Positions 1 to 13,423 of a stretch of 64,000 nucleotides of DNA are shown here, piece after piece. A model generated the notes under the pieces. That model saw only the letters and a list, made by a program, of their open reading frames with translations, was not told the origin of the DNA and made no database searches. The translations under genes and the position numbers were made by a program. The first letter of the stretch is position 1, and each line of letters starts with the position of its first letter. This DNA comes from Epiperipatus broadwayi (Eukaryota; Animalia; Onychophora), in contig JAQFVV010000008.1 in assembly GCA_028023455.1 (NCBI GenBank), positions 62,001 through 126,000 of the forward strand. The letters are read 5' to 3'.

Positions 1-985
1 ATTTTCCTGAGCATTGAAAGAGCTCTTTGAACATAAAACACCTTGACGGCATGGAAACCAAGTCCATTCAGGTCACATGGTCTCTGCACCTTGGCCAGAC
101 TGATGCATTCAGTTTTTCTCTTCCACATCATCTTGGTGCAGGCTGAATTAATAGCATCCTGAAAACCCTTGGTCGGTTTGAAGATGGGCAAGTAGTAGTT
201 GATATGCGGAAACACCATATTTAACAATGCCACCTTGCCTGGGAGTGAGAGGGAGATCATTAAGAGAGAGTTTGTTACCTTCTTGGTTTTGTTCAAAAGA
301 TCCTGCTGGATGGCCCTCCTCATCGCTGTTTTGGAGAGAGCAATCGGGAATCCAAGAAATTTCTGGGGATTTCCTGAATATCTTGATGGTACTGTAACAT
401 CCCTACTGATTTTCCAGACCACAGATTTGTCTGGGTTGATGGCCAGATTGAATTTGCCAGCATATCTGACCAGCAGTTGGTATAGCCTTGGCAGGTATTT
501 CTCAGAAGGGAGGAAGATGGTAACATCATCCACATATGAAATGTGGTGTAGTTCCTCCCTTAGTGCTGGCTCAAAGACTCCTGGTAGTTCTTTTTCCACA
601 TCTTCTAGTAGAGGATTCAGGTAGGTAATGAAACAGAGGGTGCTTAATGGGGACCCCTGGGGGATTGATAGATGTGGTCTGAAACCAGGGGCCAGGGAGC
701 CATCAAGTGATGTGTGAATTGACCTGTTTAGCAACAAGTTAGCAATAATTTTAACATAGACAATAGGTGCTCCATAGTGCCTTACCAAGGATAGCAGTTT
801 TGCTGGCATCACGGAGTCAAAGGCAACCGCAATGTCTATCTGAACCGCAACAGGCCCTGATTTTCTATGTGATCTTAAATGCTCCACCAGCAACATGAAG
901 CGCTGCACCACCTCAATGGTGGATGAGCCTTTGCGCGCAAACTGGTGTACAGAGAGATCCTGGTAAGTAACTGCTGCTGGATCCT
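1..985 (-). mobile_element. 5'-truncated L1/Tx1-type non-LTR retrotransposon (RT region); continues beyond the left window edge
   Basis: GC-richer block ending abruptly in AT-rich DNA at ~985. The minus-strand frame carries RT motifs HQFARKGSST, QIDIAVAFDSV, PQGSPLS, YVDD, NPDKS and KFLGF. Confidence 0.9.
3..983 (-). CDS. Partial ORF2 reverse transcriptase, 327 codons with no stop (not in the supplied ORF track because it runs off the window)
   Basis: Manual translation of 983->3 is uninterrupted: DPAAVTYQDLSVHQFARKGSSTIEVVQR...QIDIAVAFDSV...PQGSPLSTL...SYVDDVTIFLP...NPDKSVVWK...NPQKFLGFPI...GKVALLNMVFP...DLNGLGF. Confidence 0.88.
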
Positions 986-2831
986 ATCCTTTTTATTTGT
1001 AATGTAATTCTTTTGGGAGCACAATATAACAATTAATTAATTCTATTTGACATACTTGTTAATCCAAGGTAAGTTATAATTAATACATTAATCCATTTTG
1101 AAGGTTCGTTTCTTAATTTGCCATTTATTATATTCAATATTTGCATTGATAATTCATAATCCATTAGTGGCATTTAAAGATTTAACATTCATGATGCATT
1201 ATCCATTTCATTAACCACTGGAAACAAATTGTAGTTTACTATACGAAGCAATTTAATCCATTAGAAAAGGTATTATACTTTTATTCAAAAGATTAGCATT
1301 TCATTTGAAGTATATTATTAATTCATTCATTTATAGCTCTTTAATCTATGTTATAAAATAGTTCTAATCATATATATGACCAAGGAAGTAGTTTATCATC
1401 CATAAACAAAGTGATTTTCATTAATTTGGAATTAAAGTTCCGCATTTCTCCAAGCAGCAAAACTTATCGAGGCATATTTGTGTTGAAAAATTGTTATTTA
1501 AAGTTTTTCTTTCCATAATTAAAGACAAGATAAATTTACAATATTGAGACATATTATGCATATTTTTGAAATGAAGAAAACAGTTTACTTTACAATATTT
1601 TGAGAATAAATATCAGCAACTTGTTTGAAATTGATAATCGTAATTGTTCAAATATATCAGCTATTTACTATTACTTTCAATTGAAAAAATCTTGTGATTT
1701 AATTTGAAGTTGTTACCCAGCATTACATGAGACAATTTATATATTTTCCATTAACAGTTAATGTAATTTATTGAAATAAATAAATAATTAATTAATTAAT
1801 CAATGATAGTTTCTAGTTTATTTGTTGTTGTTCATCATCTTAGTATAATGAGAAGAAATTATTTTGCCCAAACCAAGGCGAAATGCCTAGATTGGATTGA
1901 CCTAGTCAATCATGTTCTTGAAAGCATACAAAATAGCTATTTAAAAATTGAAATTAACTAGATTTTGATGGCAATTAATTTTTTGGAAGTCTGATTTTTT
2001 CCAAAATTCAGCTTTTATACCTATTGATTAGCTGATGTCTGAATTATGACATATTTCCCATTATGCATCAGGGTTTCCTGTTTTTTTCCAGGAAAATTTG
2101 AAAGAGTTGTCAAGGTTATTTAAAATGCAGACTATAGACACTATGATTTTTGAATCAACTTGGTAAGAGTTTATGAACACCATTCAAAAATGAAGAGAAA
2201 GAAAATAATAATTTTAAGTTTTTTCATTTGCTTTATTTTTTGCTTCCGGTTTTAAAATAATATTACAACTTTATTTAAAATAAATAAATCATAAAACTAA
2301 AGTTCTCAGATCTTTATTTCAATTAATTTTAAATTGACTTTTTAATAAATATTATTAAATAAATATCTTAACAAAGTAAATCAGTCTTTGCTAAATCTAA
2401 AATACATACACTTTACAAATATATGCATACACATTAAAATGTAAGAACAGTCTGCTCTACACCATAATAAAAATGTAATCTGAAATGTATTTGCTTTACT
2501 TTAAAATATTTTAGTGTTGTAATATCAGATTTATAATTCTTTATTTCTTTAAAATATTATTTGTTTTATGTATGTGAGCACTTCTGTTTTTTTTTATACA
2601 ATTTGATAGTTTTGTTCTTTAATAAGAATAATAACAAAAACATAAGCTTTCATATTTTTATACAAAACATTGATCATAAAACTTGCTTCGGAAGCCATTT
2701 TTAAATGCTTTATAAAATTATATTTTCTCTTAAGCATTAGTATGAGAAACTTTTATACTTGATATTCATTATATTATATCCTATTCAACCAATAATAGTG
2801 ATAAATATATTTGCTTAACTATAAAAACATA

Positions 2832-2955
2832 GTCCAAGCTTTGTTAACGAGAGTTCCATGCAGTGGCCTTGCAAGCAAGCAGTTGGTTGCAAAGGGTTGT
2901 TGCATGTTCGTCTCCCAGCCGATGCTATGACATATGGAAAAAATAAATAAATAAA
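2832..2955 (+). mobile_element. tRNA-derived short SINE, copy 1 (most decayed)
   Basis: Aligns with copies at 19911, 33237 and 47463 (GTC(C)AAGC...GCCTTGCAAGC...GTTCG..TCCC..CGATGCTATGACATATG plus A-rich tail). No clean TSD. Confidence 0.75.
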
Positions 2956-5352
2956 GTCAATAAAATTTTTACAGTTTTTTAATTGTATTATAGAATTGCA
3001 GTGATGCGCCTAAGGTATATTATATATGCACAAACATTACATACAAAAAAAAAGATTTGTTTTAAGTATAACTTTTATGAAATTTTGAAAATATTCTTGG
3101 AAAGCAATAAATTATTCATAACATGACATATCATATGCATGCATAGGGTGCATGGTATTGTTTTACATTTTCTCAAAGATAACTATTGCTAAATTTTGAT
3201 TTGAGGTGATTTAACAAATGATTAACAACCTGATGTGTTTGTATTTAGTTGAACCTTATCTTTATTGTACTTGAGAGAATTTTTAAATATTAACCAATGT
3301 TTCTAGAAAGTTTGATAAAAGAAATAGCTCATAACTATATTTTATAAAATGGAAACAGGCGCCACACCCATCCATTTAAAAAAAAAAAAGACAACTGGTA
3401 TAATAAAAATTGTATTTTTTCCCTATATGCAAAAAAATAAACCAAACATTTTAGATGTGTTTTATAATGTTTAAATAAAATGACTGTGCCAATTTAAATT
3501 CAAACTGTCATTCATAGTAATTGATTTGAATTATAAATTGAAGCAGAGAATTTTGGTGAACACCTTTATATGAAAAATTTTTAAAAATGAATTTTTTGGT
3601 ATTATGAAAGTGTCCAGTAAAATGTGATGTTTCTGTTATTTTTCCAAAGCTGTTTTGCACAGTATGAAAAGAATTTTAATATAATCGGTAAGTCAGATTT
3701 ACAAAAATATTATTCATGCAAATGAAAGGTTCTTATTTTGTTTTTAATAATAATAAGAAGAAGCAGAAGCAGCAGCAGCATCATCAACAAATGGTTTATT
3801 ACTTGAGAGAAGTCTGAGCATTGGAAATGATATGATTGGAATCTACAACTCTAAGTCTATCACTGTAGTAAATCACCCAGGGTGGGTTTTTTTTTAGATA
3901 TTGTTTTAAATATTAAATAGATTTTTAATTTTTATACAATGACATTGTGCATTCTTTCAGAATGAATAATTGTTATTAAAAAAAAAACAATGAATAGAAA
4001 AAATATAGTTAAGATTAAAATAATAATAAGTCGTCTTAAATAAATAAAATTTAAAGAGATAGGAATTAATATTATAATAGTTTTAATTTTAATTGGAGTT
4101 ATTACTTTTTTTTTTTTTTAAAAAAAAATTATTTTGATATCAGTTACAAGTTTTTTATATATATTCATAATAAAGTTACAACATTTTATTGTATATCAAA
4201 ATTTCTTAATCATCAAACATCTACTTTTTCTTAGTGAGGACTTTTGCATTTTTTCTTCCATATTTTAATCTTTAGTTAAGAATATCTAAATATCCATTTA
4301 TTAAAGGGATAGGTTGGCAGTAAATCAAATGCCTGGGGGGAAAATTAAGCTTTGTTTTGAAATCTTTTTTCTGAAAAAATAAAAATAAATCCACATTTTG
4401 CTTGAATTTGAAAATCAGATTTTGAATGTGATAGGAAGATGCATTAACCACTACATTAAAGCAATTCATGTACATAGTTATGCTTTAGATAAAGATAATT
4501 CAAACACTTTTATGTATTTGCTATCATATTTTCAGCTTTTATCTTTGTAAAGAATGAGAAAATACCATAGCCAAGAATATAAATCTACAGATTCTCAGTA
4601 TTAAAATAATGCATATGATAACTTGGCACTCAAGATATCAAACTCATATAATATCCAGTTTATGTTTACAATTATTTATATATGTCTAAAACATTAAGCA
4701 TAACAAAATTGTTTTTTTTTTCTTTAGAAATTGTCTCACTAAATATTCTGTGTGCATTAAACTATAATGTCAAATCTCATCAACCAGTTTAAGTAGCATT
4801 TATACTTACCTCCACTGAATATATTGGTAAAAATGAAACTGAATAGCTGATAATAATCTATAATGGCATTGTAAATTATTTGTTTGGATCAGAATTAGAA
4901 AAAATAATTAATCATAAGTGCACACGGAACCAAATACTCAAATTCAATAATTATAGTATATTTGATATGTATCAGCTATTGCATTATGAACTATTTTTGC
5001 ATCAGTTGTTTGAACTTAATTACATGCAAACTGTTTATTTCTGCTTGCTTATTGAAATAGATGCATTAGTATTTATATATTCAAGGAAGTGATTTGTTTG
5101 AGATTTAATTATGATATAATTAATCAAAAGGCATATGAATATTTTGAGGACATTTATTTTTAATAACAAATTCAATTTACATAAGCACAATATTTATTTC
5201 ATTATCATTATTAAGAATTTATTTTAATATTTTAGAAAAACCAAATATATTATTTATTAATTTTAAATAATTTTTGTTATTTGTGATTATCAAAAGGGCT
5301 TTAAGAATTAATTAAAATGACTGTGAATATTATTTACTAATATTTGGAATTT

Positions 5353-6014
5353 ACACAAACATTCATTCTGCCTTATCAGGCACTGAGAAGAAAGACCATG
5401 GTGTTTCTTGATCTTAAACTCAGAGGTAAAAAGCCAATAAACTCACCACGCTGGCTAATGCGTGTTGGTGAGCAGCCCATCCATGTTCGTATACTATATG
5501 AATAATCACATAGTAATAACAGCTGCAACAACAAGAACATATGGAGTGGACATTAGGAATTTGCCCTGCTCGGTTCCTTTAAGGCCTCCAAGAGGAATCA
5601 AAGGGTCTCCTTTCAGTTAATAGCAAAACTCGAGCAATTCAGAGACTTCAGACCACTCAAAGAAGTATGGAGAGATGTATGTTGGGAATAACAAGAAGAG
5701 ATCATAAACGCAATGTATGGGTAAGAGAACAAACAGGTGTTACTGACCTCATTGAAAAAATTAAAAGATTGAAGTGGAGTTGGGCTGGACATATTGTTAG
5801 AAGAGATGATATGGACAATTGAAATTTTAAACTGGATTCCAAGAGATTGTAAAAGACCCAGAAAGAGACCACATGTGAGATGGATGGATGAAATAAGAAA
5901 GTGTGCAGGGGTGATGTGGAGAAGAGAAGCTAAAGATCGGAGAAGATGGATTAAACTTGGAGAGACCTTCATCCTGCAGTGGATTGATAATGGTTGATAA
6001 TGATGATGATGATG
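5353..6014 (+). mobile_element. Bipartite non-autonomous RTE-clade LINE derivative (260-bp head plus RTE ORF 3' end plus (TGA)n tail)
   Basis: Perfect 14-bp direct repeat AATATTTGGAATTT at 5339-5352 and 6015-6028 (TSD); (TGA)n tail at ~6001-6014; RTE C-terminal peptide inside. Confidence 0.85.
5616..5997 (+). pseudogene. RTE LINE ORF C-terminal remnant with one frameshift near 5810
   Basis: RLQTTQRSMERCMLGITRRDHKRNVWVREQTGVTDLIEKIKRLKWSWAGHIVRR, then in a shifted frame WTIEILNWIPRDCKRPRKRPHVRWMDEIRK...AKDRRRW...LQWIDNG*. These are typical RTE C-terminal motifs. Confidence 0.85.
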
Positions 6015-6414
6015 AATATTTGGAATTTCTATTATCATTTATTGAATAATATTTGAAGAGAAATTCTTATTAACTGGTGTTTAATAACCACAGTATTAAT
6101 AACACATATTGTATGTCTATAACATCTATTTAAATTTAATCAAATGCTAACTTATTTATTATCCCTTCCCCATCCATTTTTTATAATCTGCGGTTACAAT
6201 AATGCCAAAATAGGTATTTTTTGTTGAATTACTTATTCTTTTCTCAATGAAATCCACTGTTGATAGAATTTCAGTGGAGTCATGGTATATGCTATATTTT
6301 GTTCCAAGCCTCGCTTATGTATATCATACATAGTGTATAATAGCTCATGTTTTGTTAATAAACTAATTAGAATAGAATAAATATAGAATACATATATAAC
6401 ACAAAGCCATTTTT

Positions 6415-8514
6415 GGTAATTATAACGTAGTCGGGCATGGCCGCTTGATGGCATTGTTTGCAATCAAAAACAATACAATGTACGGTTTTCGGGGCGCGCG
6501 ATTTTTAAATCGCTGACTGTTTTTTACAAATTTTCATCATTCCCCTTTTTTGTTATTAATTGATTGATTGCCATAACTGTTTTTTTTTTTCCTGCCTTTT
6601 TAAAAAAAAAAATTGTTTAATTTTAATTTTGTCTTTAGAAAACAACAACTTTTTTATTTTTTAAACATAAATTTAAACTTTATTGGGGGGGGGGGCGGAT
6701 TGATTCATTGATTGCTGCTACTCCGCGATGTCTATTTTGCAATGTCTTTAGAAAATAACAACTTTTAATTTTGACACAACTTTTAACCATATTTTTATAT
6801 GTTTTTGGTTTTTTCTAATTTGTATTAAGACATTATTTGATACATTTTTGGTTCACTTAACTATTGCTTTCTACATAACAAAAAAAAAAAAAACTGTGTA
6901 GTTTTCAAACCAATAAAAGGTTGTTTTTTTTCACCTTTGCTTTTTATTTATTAATTTGGATCAAGTGGAAAGGTTTTGGGCTCACAATTTTGTCTCAACC
7001 AAAACAAACTTTCCAAGTCAACGCAATATTGTTTACAAACAATAACCAAAAACAAAACAAAAAAAAAAAATACATCAACTGATCAAATGCTTTTTTTTTT
7101 TGGACAGCAGAAACAAACATACAGTCCAAATTACTGGTATTTGACAACAAAACACAATGTTCTCCAGTCCACATTCAATCCACTCTTGTGGGGATAGGCA
7201 TCTCAGACAGGATAGAGAGAAATATAGCTTTTCCTTTATTCATCCGTTGCCACATAAATTCTGACAAGTAGTTGTCAAGTAATTGTCATCTAGTTCCATG
7301 CTCCTTGCGGTTCCAAGATTTCAGAAGGCCCCAAAGTTGTTCTATGTTCTGGATGTGAGCATTCGTTGTTGGGTCTACAAAGTAGTAGCGGTGGTTCACA
7401 GTTAGGTGATGAAAACTTGCTGCCTCAAGCTCCGCACTGTTGTAGCCTCTCCAACAGTCGGAGAAGATGGTCTTTCCTGGCTTCACATTTGCTTTCAGAG
7501 CCTCCAGAAGGGTAGCAGCAGAGTGCGAAGGAATGGCGATGATGAAACATTCGGTAGTGTCATGACATATCACCAAAGACCCACTGCTGAGGAAGAATCC
7601 TACCCTGGTGGGTTTTTCTTCAACTAAACATAGTTTCGTCCACCTTAACAATCGAACCAGGACCGCTGATTTGATTGCAGTGTCTAGAAGATAGACTTGC
7701 ATGGCATAGTTCTCCTAGACCAGTGGTCTACTCTATTATTGTTTTATGGCTAATACCAAGTTCTGAACAGATATTTTTCACGGTCATAGGCTCTCGGCTC
7801 CAGAAATAAATGACACGCAGGGCTGTCAACCAGGGTATTCTGCTGCCTTCAAACCAACTATTGTTGCAAATGGAACACCTTCAATGGCAGGAGATGGATT
7901 TACAGCAGAACTGGAATATTTGCTTACAATTGTACAAATTCATCTGCTGTCTGCACTTGCATCGCTTAGACTGCACTATTACTTGGTGATGTTGCAAAAA
8001 TGCCATACCCTCGGCTTCTGTTGTCGGCAACTGAGAGAAAGTTATGCGTTCGGCAGCCATTTTATGAAGAACATGGTATTTCACGTGGAAATGAGAATTC
8101 ACACAAGAACTCGGCCAAATTTGTCATTACGTCGCCTTGGCAAGCTTTTACATCTTACACATTCTCTAAACAAGGTGTGGCCATTTGGAAAATTTCTATA
8201 AAGTCAGGTTTCTTAAATTAAATATAAATACAAAGACTGTGGAACGTATATTGTAAAAATGTTACTACTCAAACTACATACACATATCAAACTGTACACA
8301 AAGGATAAGTGTGTGTATTCACAGTAACTGTCGCGAAGCAGAAATAGGCTGTATTATTTCTGTGGTATGTCATCAGAATGGCCTGCAATGCAATGGTTAA
8401 GATAAACATAGATGTTTTCTTAGCAGTAAGTCAGGCCTTGTAAATGGCATTTGTAGGTGTTTTGGTGAGCAAGAATGCCATCAAGCGGCCACGCCTGACT
8501 ACGTTATAATTACC
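6415..8514 (-). mobile_element. Merlin superfamily DNA transposon (IS1595/ISXO2-like), both ends intact
   Basis: 41-bp TIRs at 6415-6455 and 8474-8514 (39/41 identical, GGTAATTATAACGTAGTCRGGCRTGGCCGCTTGATGGCATT); perfect 8-bp TSD CCATTTTT at 6407-6414 and 8515-8522; ISXO2-type transposase remnant inside. Confidence 0.93.
7286..8060 (-). pseudogene. Merlin/ISXO2-like DDE transposase, inactivated by stops and frameshifts
   Basis: N-terminal Cys motif (KRCKC...CCKSISC), SWFEGSRIP...ELGISHKTI, ISGPGSIVKVDET..RKTHQGR..QQWVFG, IFSDCWRGY, HLTVNH..FVDPTT.AHIQNIEQLWG. Confidence 0.9.
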
Positions 8515-10951
8515 CCATTTTTATAAGTATAATATGCATATATAAATTAAAATTATAGTGTAAACAAAACTTTAAAAAATTAATAATATAGTTATTATTA
8601 ATAAATTGAAGGAACACATTTATATAGATTTTACTGAGTGTTTGTTCACTTATGAAAAAAATAAGAATAAGAAAAAAAACTTACTGTGGCATATTTTTAT
8701 TCTTTAAATAAAAGAATTATAAAATGTCTGGCTTTAATCAAAATTAAATATGCTCTGAGTAAAATTCTTTTTTTTTTTTCAATAACGTTTTTTTTTTTAT
8801 AGAAACATAATAGACTAGTCTCTTCATCAAGGAGCTATAATCTCTAATTATTTTGATGTTTTTAAGTCAGTATTAACTTTAAATTTGATCTAGAATTTTA
8901 AAAAACTGTTAGCATTATACTTAGAATTATTTTATAATATGAAATACTGCACAACAAATTCAGAAAAGATAATAAAGGAAAAATAAAACCAAAGAAATTT
9001 TATTAACAAACATGATAGTTCATGGTTCTTTGAGATTGAAAAATGGTTGCTAGCATGTAGTATTTATTGTTAGATAACTATTTAGGTTTTTTTATTTATT
9101 TATATACAAAAAAACATAATAGATGGAGGTTGATGTATAAATACAAATCCCAGAAATCAAAAGCCCACTTTTGACCATGTATTGATTGAAAACTACTTGG
9201 AAACTTTAATGATGTACATCTGGGACTCAGAAATTGAACATAGCTGCTTGAATATTGCAAAATGTATTAAATTTGCAAATTTTAATATTTTATTTTTATT
9301 TGTATATTTACATTTTTGTTTGTTTGTTTATATTTTTTGGTAACATATAATTGATATAGTTTTCAGCTTCACTGTATATGATTGCCAATTGTGATTATAA
9401 TCAATATATTTATCTACTTATTTGTCAATTTTTTCATGAAAAAAGAAACTTTCTTAAAAATTCATCACATCAAAAAATTTACTTTTATATTATAAAATGG
9501 AAATAAATAAAATCTATTATGTTTTGTTGAACATAAATAAATAAAAATACCTAGTTATCTAACAATAAATACCATATTATTTTAATTCCTTATGTATACT
9601 GTCTTCAAAATCACATTTCATTTTCCACATTCCTGTCTTTTCAGATATATCTGAGTATTTATTAACCTCACTTCAATTTTAATTTTTACCATGCTATTGT
9701 CATAGTACAGCAATTGTCAACCATTCCTTACTATTACACATTTTAATTTTTTTTCTTGTCTCATACACATCACTATTAATATAATCACTTATTTTACATC
9801 ATTGACATGTTGCGCTTTGAAATTTTATGTTGAATCAGTAGTTTTATATTAAAGTAAATCTGAGTTTGAGTTAATTTTTTTGTATTCTTACTCATTTTGT
9901 AATTTAATTAACACCATTATAAAAATATTTGCTCTGTATGATTTAATGAAGTAATAAAATAGCAGACTCTGATATGCAACATCCATGGATTGTAGCCCAG
10001 TTCTGTATTTCTATTGCCCAAACTATTTATAAATTTCTGAGCAATAAATCAATTGATGATGATGATGATAATTATTATTATAATGAATGACTGGCTGCTG
10101 ATCAAAGGGCTCTTAAGTCAATTCCTGACTGAAGAAAATAGATAAAGATGAAAGAGTATTAATATAGCTGTTTAAATATAGCTATTGTGTTCTTATTACT
10201 GTTTTATTGCTTCAATATGATTTTACTTCTCAAGAAACTCATTATATAACAAATAAGTCATATATTTGCTGTTCTTGATTAATTTTCTTATCTTTACAGG
10301 TTGTTTTCTTTTAAATGTGGAAAATTGGGAGCCATAAAATCTCTAAAAAGGTGTCATTTTAAATAAAAGATGTAATAATAATATTTCAGATTATAATATA
10401 ATTCTCATATATAGATATATTAGCAAGAGAACACAATAATCATGTAGAAATAGATGCATTATATAGTAGATAAGTACTGTACATGTACACACGTGTAGTT
10501 CTATATACGTTATACGAGAAGTGCCCAAGAAATAGAAAAAAATAGCACTATAATCAAATTAAGCATAGAATTTATTTTTTTATTATCAAATATGATGGAG
10601 CATTGCTTTGTATGAAGATTTAGACCCTTGTGTTATTGAACATTCATGACATATGTTTCTGTGTATATAAACTTTATTATATAAATATATTTATTTATAA
10701 ACTATTGTTATAGTTAGATACATTTTTGACGTTCAAAATATTATTTAACAATAAAAGTGATTATATAGTAAGAGTACTGCTTCATAGAATAGAATCCAAA
10801 AGCTGAAATATTAATTTTGCAGATACTGTTTTACACAGGGTAGAATTCAAAGACTGACCACCTCTTTCAAATATTATTAGTTCAATGAAAATATTATGTA
10901 ATATGTTATGTGCAGACCAGTATTGTAGGTGTGTTGGTTAACTAACTTTAT

Positions 10952-10983
<32 letters not shown>

Positions 10984-13364
10984 ATGGCTGTGAATTTATA
11001 TGTGACCAAGTACATGGATTATATTTTTAGAGATCATTAACATGTAGAAGTATATCATGGATGCATTAAAAGCATGGTGTATTTGTTAATGTCAGTTAGT
11101 TGCTTGATAATATTATTATATTATACACTGAATTATATAATTAATATTAATAAAATTTGATTAGGTATAAACCTTGGAAATTTTCGAAACTGTTTGAATG
11201 CTAGAATTGGTTACATGTTCTTCTTTCTACATTTGCTCTGAAATATATCAATTAAAATATAATTCAGAAATAAGACTGTTCAAGAAATAATATTGCTTAT
11301 TGCTAAAATTTGAAAAGGAATAATAGATAAAGAGTTAGCTATTTAAAGAGCAATATAATTTAAATTAAAGAGAATATACTTTAAAAGGGACCAATGAATA
11401 GTCTTTGTTAAATGTAATGCTTCATTTTACACTTTATAAATTTTAATTGCAGAATATATAATATGTTTTGGAAAATGAAAATAAAGAACTGTATATACTG
11501 AAAATTGTGTTATTACTAATTTGTAAATAAATTGTGTGTTGTTATTCAATTCAAAAGTATGAAATTTCTATTTTATATATATATGAAAATTGTTCACTTG
11601 GAATACCACATTTATGACCATTCATATGATCTTTGATTTGACCATGTATTAATAATCAAGGGTAATGTATTGATCAGATTAGTCAGTAAAATAAATGAAA
11701 GATTAACATAAAAACTAAAAATATTATGGAGAAAATGGTAATAAATCATATTAGTACAGAAATAGGAATATATCCTTGGAATATTTCCTGATGCTATTTA
11801 TCAGTTGACATCCAGATTTAATGATGATGATCATGAACTCAACCCTGAAGGATGAAATAAATATATCATTTAATATTTATCATACTTGCCTCTCATTATC
11901 AACATAGATATTAGTCTGTTTAAAGGTGTAATTACAAATTGTACATTGTCAGTACATCGCCGACCATTATTATTATACATATATATGGAAGCGAATGAAG
12001 TAAAACAGCTTTTAAATAGTTTACTGCAGAGTAAAGACTTATCCAGCAGATTGTTATAAAAGATTAATGAAAGAAAAGAAGAGTTTGGGTAGTTTCCTTT
12101 TTATTTTCATCTATACCTCTTTTACCAATATTAATGATTACCTGTGAATTGCTCTCAGCCTGAAAGAAATGTTTCATCCAACCCGATTTTAAACATAAGC
12201 AATGGGAATCCTAACTATATACACTATTATACAAAAACTCAAAACACTTTCGTAAATATTTTTAATAACCACTTACATTTATAAAATTTGATATTTTATT
12301 ATTGAATGAACCAAGATCTCATGAATTGGCATAAATATCTATAAATAGTGTTTTAGTAAGATATACTCTATCCGATTAATTAATAACAAAATTTAGTTTA
12401 TGATTCTGCATTAGAAACGTGCTAATCTTACGTTACTTGATCCATTAATATGTTTAATCTTTTCAAGTAAATAGTTAATAGTTAAAGGGGGAAAACAGTA
12501 AGTCAAGGATTTTCCTGAGAAATTATCAACAAAATAGTTTATTTAAATATTGATGTGCTGATATATATATATAGTTTTTTTTTTATGAATACAGTATATG
12601 AAGAGGCAAACATTTAATAATAAAAATACAATTTTGGAGATTTTTTTATTGCAATCTTTTTTAACAAAATTTTTCATGGTTAAACTATTCTGTAAAAATC
12701 AATTCATTTTTTGTGTGTGAAATTACAGCATACGTCAACTTTTAGGCAACTTAATATATATGATAAATGATTTCATTGAATTTATGTTTTTTATAAGTGC
12801 TTCTTTGTTTATATTATTAGAAAAGGATTTGTATTTTAATTTTTTTTTTTAAATTATACATTTTATTTCTTTGATAAATTATTGCTTGTTGAATGAATAT
12901 CGAATAGGTAGACATTATTATATTTAAAATATATCTTTAAAACCATCGTTGCTTGACAACAGATACTGAAAGACAGAGACCTCTATTGATATTTTATATT
13001 ATTTAAGACTTATATAACTAGCAATTTTATATTTCTAAATTTTTAATTTCACACGAATCAGAAATAATAAAAAGAATTTTATATGTACAATGCGTATTCC
13101 CTGTTTTTCGAGTGGTTAGAGTGAAAATTAAAATACATATATATCTCCCCCCTCCCCCATCCACTACTAAAGAATAAGTAGGGTTTTTTTTTTTTAGAAT
13201 GACGAATTTGAAGTACCAAAGGTTATTGGATCGATGCTAAACCTCTCACTTCTGATATTTCAACGTCACGTGATCTCCAGAGCAATTAACAGTTTGATAG
13301 TTAATTTTGCATTATTTAATTTCTTATGGTGAAAATTTAAACAAGAAAATTTTAAATTCAAGAT

Positions 13365-13423
13365 TATATATTGAAGCCAGCATATATATATGCACAGCTT
13401 CATAATGCTGGCTTCAATATATA
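13365..13423. repeat. Perfect 19-bp inverted repeat with 21-nt spacer
   Basis: TATATATTGAAGCCAGCAT (13365-13383) / ATGCTGGCTTCAATATATA (13405-13423). Confidence 0.85.

Noticed and set aside
199-624. 141-aa + strand ORF (also 320-535 on the minus strand)
   Set aside because: Antisense or off-frame shadows of the minus-strand RT frame.
5353-5613. HDV-like ribozyme in the RTE head (GGCTAA motif)
   Set aside because: The putative P2 partner lies immediately upstream, leaving no space for P1, P3 or P4. The nested pseudoknot could not be built.
5613-6038. 141-aa minus-strand ORF with a poly-His start
   Set aside because: Antisense to the RTE remnant; the His run is the (TGA)n tail read backwards.
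7406-8221. Plus-strand ORFs 7406-7627, 7884-8201 and 8000-8221
   Set aside because: Antisense to the Merlin transposase.
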